DNA from: Candidatus Helarchaeota archaeon
GTDB lineage: Archaea; Asgardarchaeota; Lokiarchaeia; Helarchaeales; RDOG01
DNA length: 64,000 nt
Direction of reading: 5' to 3'
Assembly: GCA_019058315.1 (NCBI GenBank)
Contig: JAHPZH010000001.1
Location: 1,137,432 to 1,201,431 of the forward strand
The notes under the pieces are model-generated. The model did not search any database. It saw only the letters and a list, made by a program, of their open reading frames with translations, and had not been told where the DNA came from. A program made the position numbers and the translations under genes. Each line of letters begins with the position of its first letter. Position 1 is the first letter of the stretch. Positions 61,275 to 64,000 of this stretch are shown in pieces.

Positions 61275-61471
61275 GGAAGATCTTGGCTATTAGTTGCGGT
61301 GTCACGCCGTGCATGCCGGACCGTTTACCATCCTTCACCGGTCCTTTCATCACTGCCGGCACTATTGACCATAGTATATTTTGCGAAGCCAACCTAAAAG
61401 GTTCAAAATACACTATGGTCACGTGCCGTTGAGTAGAAAGTCCCGATCTTGGACTTGTTGCAAGGTCTTCC
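61275..61471 (+). ncRNA. Retron-like msr-msd ncRNA, copy 3
   Basis: Terminal 11-bp IR GGAAGATCTTG/CAAGGTCTTCC (one U-G pair), unpaired G at 61286 and variable stem at 61367-61420. Confidence 0.75.
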
Positions 61472-61472
61472 C

Positions 61473-61479
61473 TTTTTTT
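61473..61479 (+). terminator. Oligo-T terminator after ncRNA copy 3
   Basis: T7 tract directly after the closing stem. Confidence 0.55.
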
Positions 61480-61603
61480 AATCTATCCACGATTAAATTT
61501 TATTAATTTTCAAAATTAATTAAAAAACTACTAATTTTTAAATCAAAATCAGGAGTAAATTAAGAAATATGGAAGAAAAAGTAAACGTTATTAACCCATA
61601 TAT

Positions 61604-62653
61604 CTAAGATGGGGCATATTTCCTTATTTTATTCGAAAATTTTTTAATTTTATTAATAGAGCTTGGATAATTTACAATCAAAGTTTTTTCAATAATTTCT
61701 AATATATCCTTATTAATTTTTTTACCAAATTTTTTTAAATCAGCATCTGAAACGGTTTCAGTATTTATGATATTTAGCAATTCTACAATTCTTTCAAATA
61801 ATAAATTAATTTCATCAACATATACTGCCCTGGCTTGGAAAGTGTCTAAATCCTTTATTTTTTTCACTAAATTATTAAAATATTTATTATTTTTTATACC
61901 AATTAGGGTATTTTTTTCAAGATCAATAATCACAGAATCTATTACAAAAAGCCCAAGAAGATCTTGAGGGACTCCAACAATATCAACTAGGGTCTCAGCA
62001 AGAGTGTTTGCCCAATAATTTGTTTTTAAAATGCGATTTGGTGTAAACAATTTTAAAGAATCAATTAATAATTTAATCAGAGCTCGATCGCCAGAGATAA
62101 CAATTCGTCTTCCAATAAATATAGAATAAATCACTTTTGCAAAATTTTTCTTTAAAGTATTAAATAAAAAACTAAGGCTTATTTGTCTTGGTTTAATATT
62201 ATATTTTTCTTTAAAGTATGCGATTTTAGACTGATCTATTTCCTCATCCCCCATTCTTTCATTTATTATTTGAATAGTTTTGTCTACATATTTTTCAAAA
62301 GGTTTAAGATACCTATAATTGATTAATTCAGAATTTATATGCTTATCCTTATATATATTCAAATATTGCTCACTTAATTGACTTAGAACAATTTTTAAAG
62401 CATCATCATCGTCATTCTGATCTGCAATAATTATCAGATTAAGGTCATGTTTAATATCAATTGAACGATAGAGGATTTTTGATTTGCCTAATATTATCGC
62501 TTCTACCTCATCACTACTTATATTTTTAGCAATCATAGAAACCGCTGATAAAAATGAACCAAATAAACTTGGTTGCATGGAAATTTCAGTGTCAAAACTC
62601 CTTGAAAATATACAAACAGAACGGTTATTTATTAAAACCATTTTTATAGGCAA
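61604..62653 (-). CDS. Longin-like plus DENN/folliculin-like domain protein
   Basis: The N-terminus LIN..SVCIFSRSF...LFGSFLSAV..I has a longin pattern. The C-terminal VIYSIFIGRRIVISG..LLIDSLKLFTP, DIVGV and VIIDLEKN resemble the cDENN core. Confidence 0.65.
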   Translation of the reverse strand: MPIKMVLINNRSVCIFSRSFDTEISMQPSLFGSFLSAVSMIAKNISSDEVEAIILGKSKILYRSIDIKHDLNLIIIADQNDDDDALKIVLSQLSEQYLNIYKDKHINSELINYRYLKPFEKYVDKTIQIINERMGDEEIDQSKIAYFKEKYNIKPRQISLSFLFNTLKKNFAKVIYSIFIGRRIVISGDRALIKLLIDSLKLFTPNRILKTNYWANTLAETLVDIVGVPQDLLGLFVIDSVIIDLEKNTLIGIKNNKYFNNLVKKIKDLDTFQARAVYVDEINLLFERIVELLNIINTETVSDADLKKFGKKINKDILEIIEKTLIVNYPSSINKIKKFSNKIRKYAPS

Positions 62654-62885
62654 TTATAATTCCTCTAATAAAACAAAGCCTAATTAATGTTTTATTTGTT
62701 CTTTTTCAGTTGGTTAACTTAATTTATACTTTTTAAATTTCAATATTTCTAATCTTTCATTGATTATAAATAATTTGAAAAACAAATTCTTTTTTTTCAA
62801 TTTATCACAAAACAGACAAGAATTTTTTTGAATGGTATCTTGATTGTTTTTCATAAAAAATAAAATTTTTAAAAAGTGAGAAATT

Positions 62886-63410
62886 ATGCCAATAGTATCA
62901 ATTAAGAAAAAAGATAAGGTTATTGAACCCGAGATAGATCCTACTGCATGGATTTCAAAGCATGCAGTAATAGTTGGGAAGGTTTCAATAGGTCCAGGAA
63001 CTGTAGTTTATCAAGGCGCAGTAATAAGAGGGGATTTTGCAGCTGTCAAAATCGGTGCGAATAATGTTATTCAAGATGATGCAGTCATTAATACGGCAGA
63101 TGGTTTTAAAACAAAAATTGGTGATAACAACTTAATTGGTTTTAAAGCTATTGTTCATGGAGCTACAGTTGGTAATAACGCAGTAGTTGGAATTGGTTCG
63201 ACAATTATGATCGGTGCAAAAATTGGAGATGACGCATTAATAGGCGCAGGTGCGTTTATTGGAAACAATAAAGTTGTTCCTCCAGGCAAATTCTGGATTG
63301 GCACTCCTGCAGTAGAGAAAGGTGAAAATAAACAAGGTGCTATGTGGGAGATTGGCCGAAAATCTTGGAGAGAAAATGTAGAAAAGCGTTTCAAAGGAAC
63401 AGAAGCATAA
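62886..63410 (+). CDS. Gamma-carbonic anhydrase-like (YrdA/CaiE/PaaY) hexapeptide-repeat protein
   Basis: IRGD, IQD and hexapeptide repeats, GTPA. Confidence 0.88.
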   Translation: MPIVSIKKKDKVIEPEIDPTAWISKHAVIVGKVSIGPGTVVYQGAVIRGDFAAVKIGANNVIQDDAVINTADGFKTKIGDNNLIGFKAIVHGATVGNNAVVGIGSTIMIGAKIGDDALIGAGAFIGNNKVVPPGKFWIGTPAVEKGENKQGAMWEIGRKSWRENVEKRFKGTEA

Positions 63411-63608
63411 AAATATATCTTCTTAATAACTTAAACTTATATTTTTTTACCTTTTTTAAAATCTAAATCCAAAAATCGTTGAAAGAAAATTGATTTAAGG
63501 GATTTTCATAAATAAAATTTCTTCTATATTATAATAGAAAATATTTTCAAAGCGATTTACAAATAAAAATTAAAAAATAAAGTCTACTATTTAAAATTTT
63601 AAATTTCA

Positions 63609-63878
63609 ATGGAGAAGTTAGATTTGCCAGCTTTATACAAAAGTAAAGAAAAAGGAAAGATGCTTTTTTTACAAAGGGATAGATGCAAGGCTTGTAATCT
63701 TTGCATTAATATCTGTGCAGTAAAAGCAATAATACCAGATACAGAACTAAATAGCAGAGCAGGTTACCCACCAGCACCAAACCCTGAATCTAAGGGATGT
63801 ACATACTGTGGAACTTGCGAATTAGTATGTCCTGATTTCGCTATATATATTACTGATTTGAGTTTATTGGAGGAATGA
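63609..63878 (+). CDS. 2[4Fe-4S] ferredoxin, delta subunit of a 2-oxoacid:ferredoxin oxidoreductase
   Basis: CKACNLCINIC and CTYCGTCELVCPDFAI; lies upstream of an alpha subunit. Confidence 0.88.
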   Translation: MEKLDLPALYKSKEKGKMLFLQRDRCKACNLCINICAVKAIIPDTELNSRAGYPPAPNPESKGCTYCGTCELVCPDFAIYITDLSLLEE

Positions 63879-63879
63879 T

Positions 63880-64000
63880 ATGTCAAAATATAAAGATTAT
63901 GATGGAAAACCTGGAAAAACGGTTTTAATGGGTAATTCGGCCATGGCTGAAGGATGTATTGCAGGAGGGTGTCGATTTTTTGCAGGATATCCAATAACTC
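63880..64000 (+). CDS. 2-oxoacid:ferredoxin oxidoreductase alpha subunit, 3'-truncated (not in the ORF track)
   Basis: GGAGG RBS, then MSKYKDYDGKPGKTVLMGNSAMAEGCIAGGCRFFAGYPIT (GN.A.A.G and YPITP motifs). Confidence 0.88.
   Translation, partial: MSKYKDYDGKPGKTVLMGNSAMAEGCIAGGCRFFAGYPIT

Larger units (their letters stand above)
60763..61471 (+). repeat. Tandem array of three ~195-bp GC-rich direct repeats with unrelated AT-rich spacers
   Basis: Offsets between copies are 254 and 258 bp. Copies are near-identical except in the 17-bp stem, the terminal IR and a few loop positions. Confidence 0.97.

Noticed and set aside
60763-61471. CRISPR array interpretation of the three repeats
   Set aside because: Units are ~195 bp, the variable part is a self-complementary internal stem, and there are no cas genes in the window.
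59360-61471. DGR (TR/VR) or group II intron interpretation
   Set aside because: Differences between copies are compensatory and not adenine-specific, no copy lies in a target gene, and no Avd-like gene is evident. The RT has retron X/Y motifs and lacks maturase and endonuclease domains.
60763-61471. Assembly artefact, tRNA or 5S rRNA
   Set aside because: Copies have distinct compensated stems and unrelated spacers, which misassembly would not create. I see no cloverleaf or 5S architecture.

Overview
AT-rich 64 kb window that looks archaeal, most likely Asgard (Lokiarchaeia/Helarchaeales-like). This is inferred from the nurA-herA-mre11-rad50 operon, an ADP-forming acyl-CoA synthetase, RING-like zinc-finger proteins and a longin/DENN-like protein; no marker gene is present. 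Most of the window is metabolic or housekeeping: sulfatase, DUF362 proteins, two GlcD/HdrD-like pairs, galactokinase, acyl-CoA ligase, split UxaA, DNA ligase, an ABC importer, GH4 and a UvrA-like ATPase. The standout is 54.6-61.5 kb. An operon encodes a large helical (possibly WGR/ARM-like) protein, a SWIM zinc-finger protein and a retron-type reverse transcriptase. It is followed by three tandem, GC-rich, ~195-nt structured non-coding units. Each unit has retron-like terminal inverted repeats with an adjacent unpaired G, near-invariant msr-like hairpins, and a 17-bp msd-like stem whose sequence differs between copies through compensatory changes. Copies 2 and 3 have their own TATA-like box and oligo-T terminator. 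I read this as an archaeal retron-like system in which one RT serves a downstream array of ncRNAs producing different msDNA hairpins. Other notable items: an ABC importer with one composite degenerate ATPase site, a longin-DENN-like protein, tandem RING-like proteins, and an unexplained structured GC island after rad50. All family calls come from motif recognition; no searches were run.
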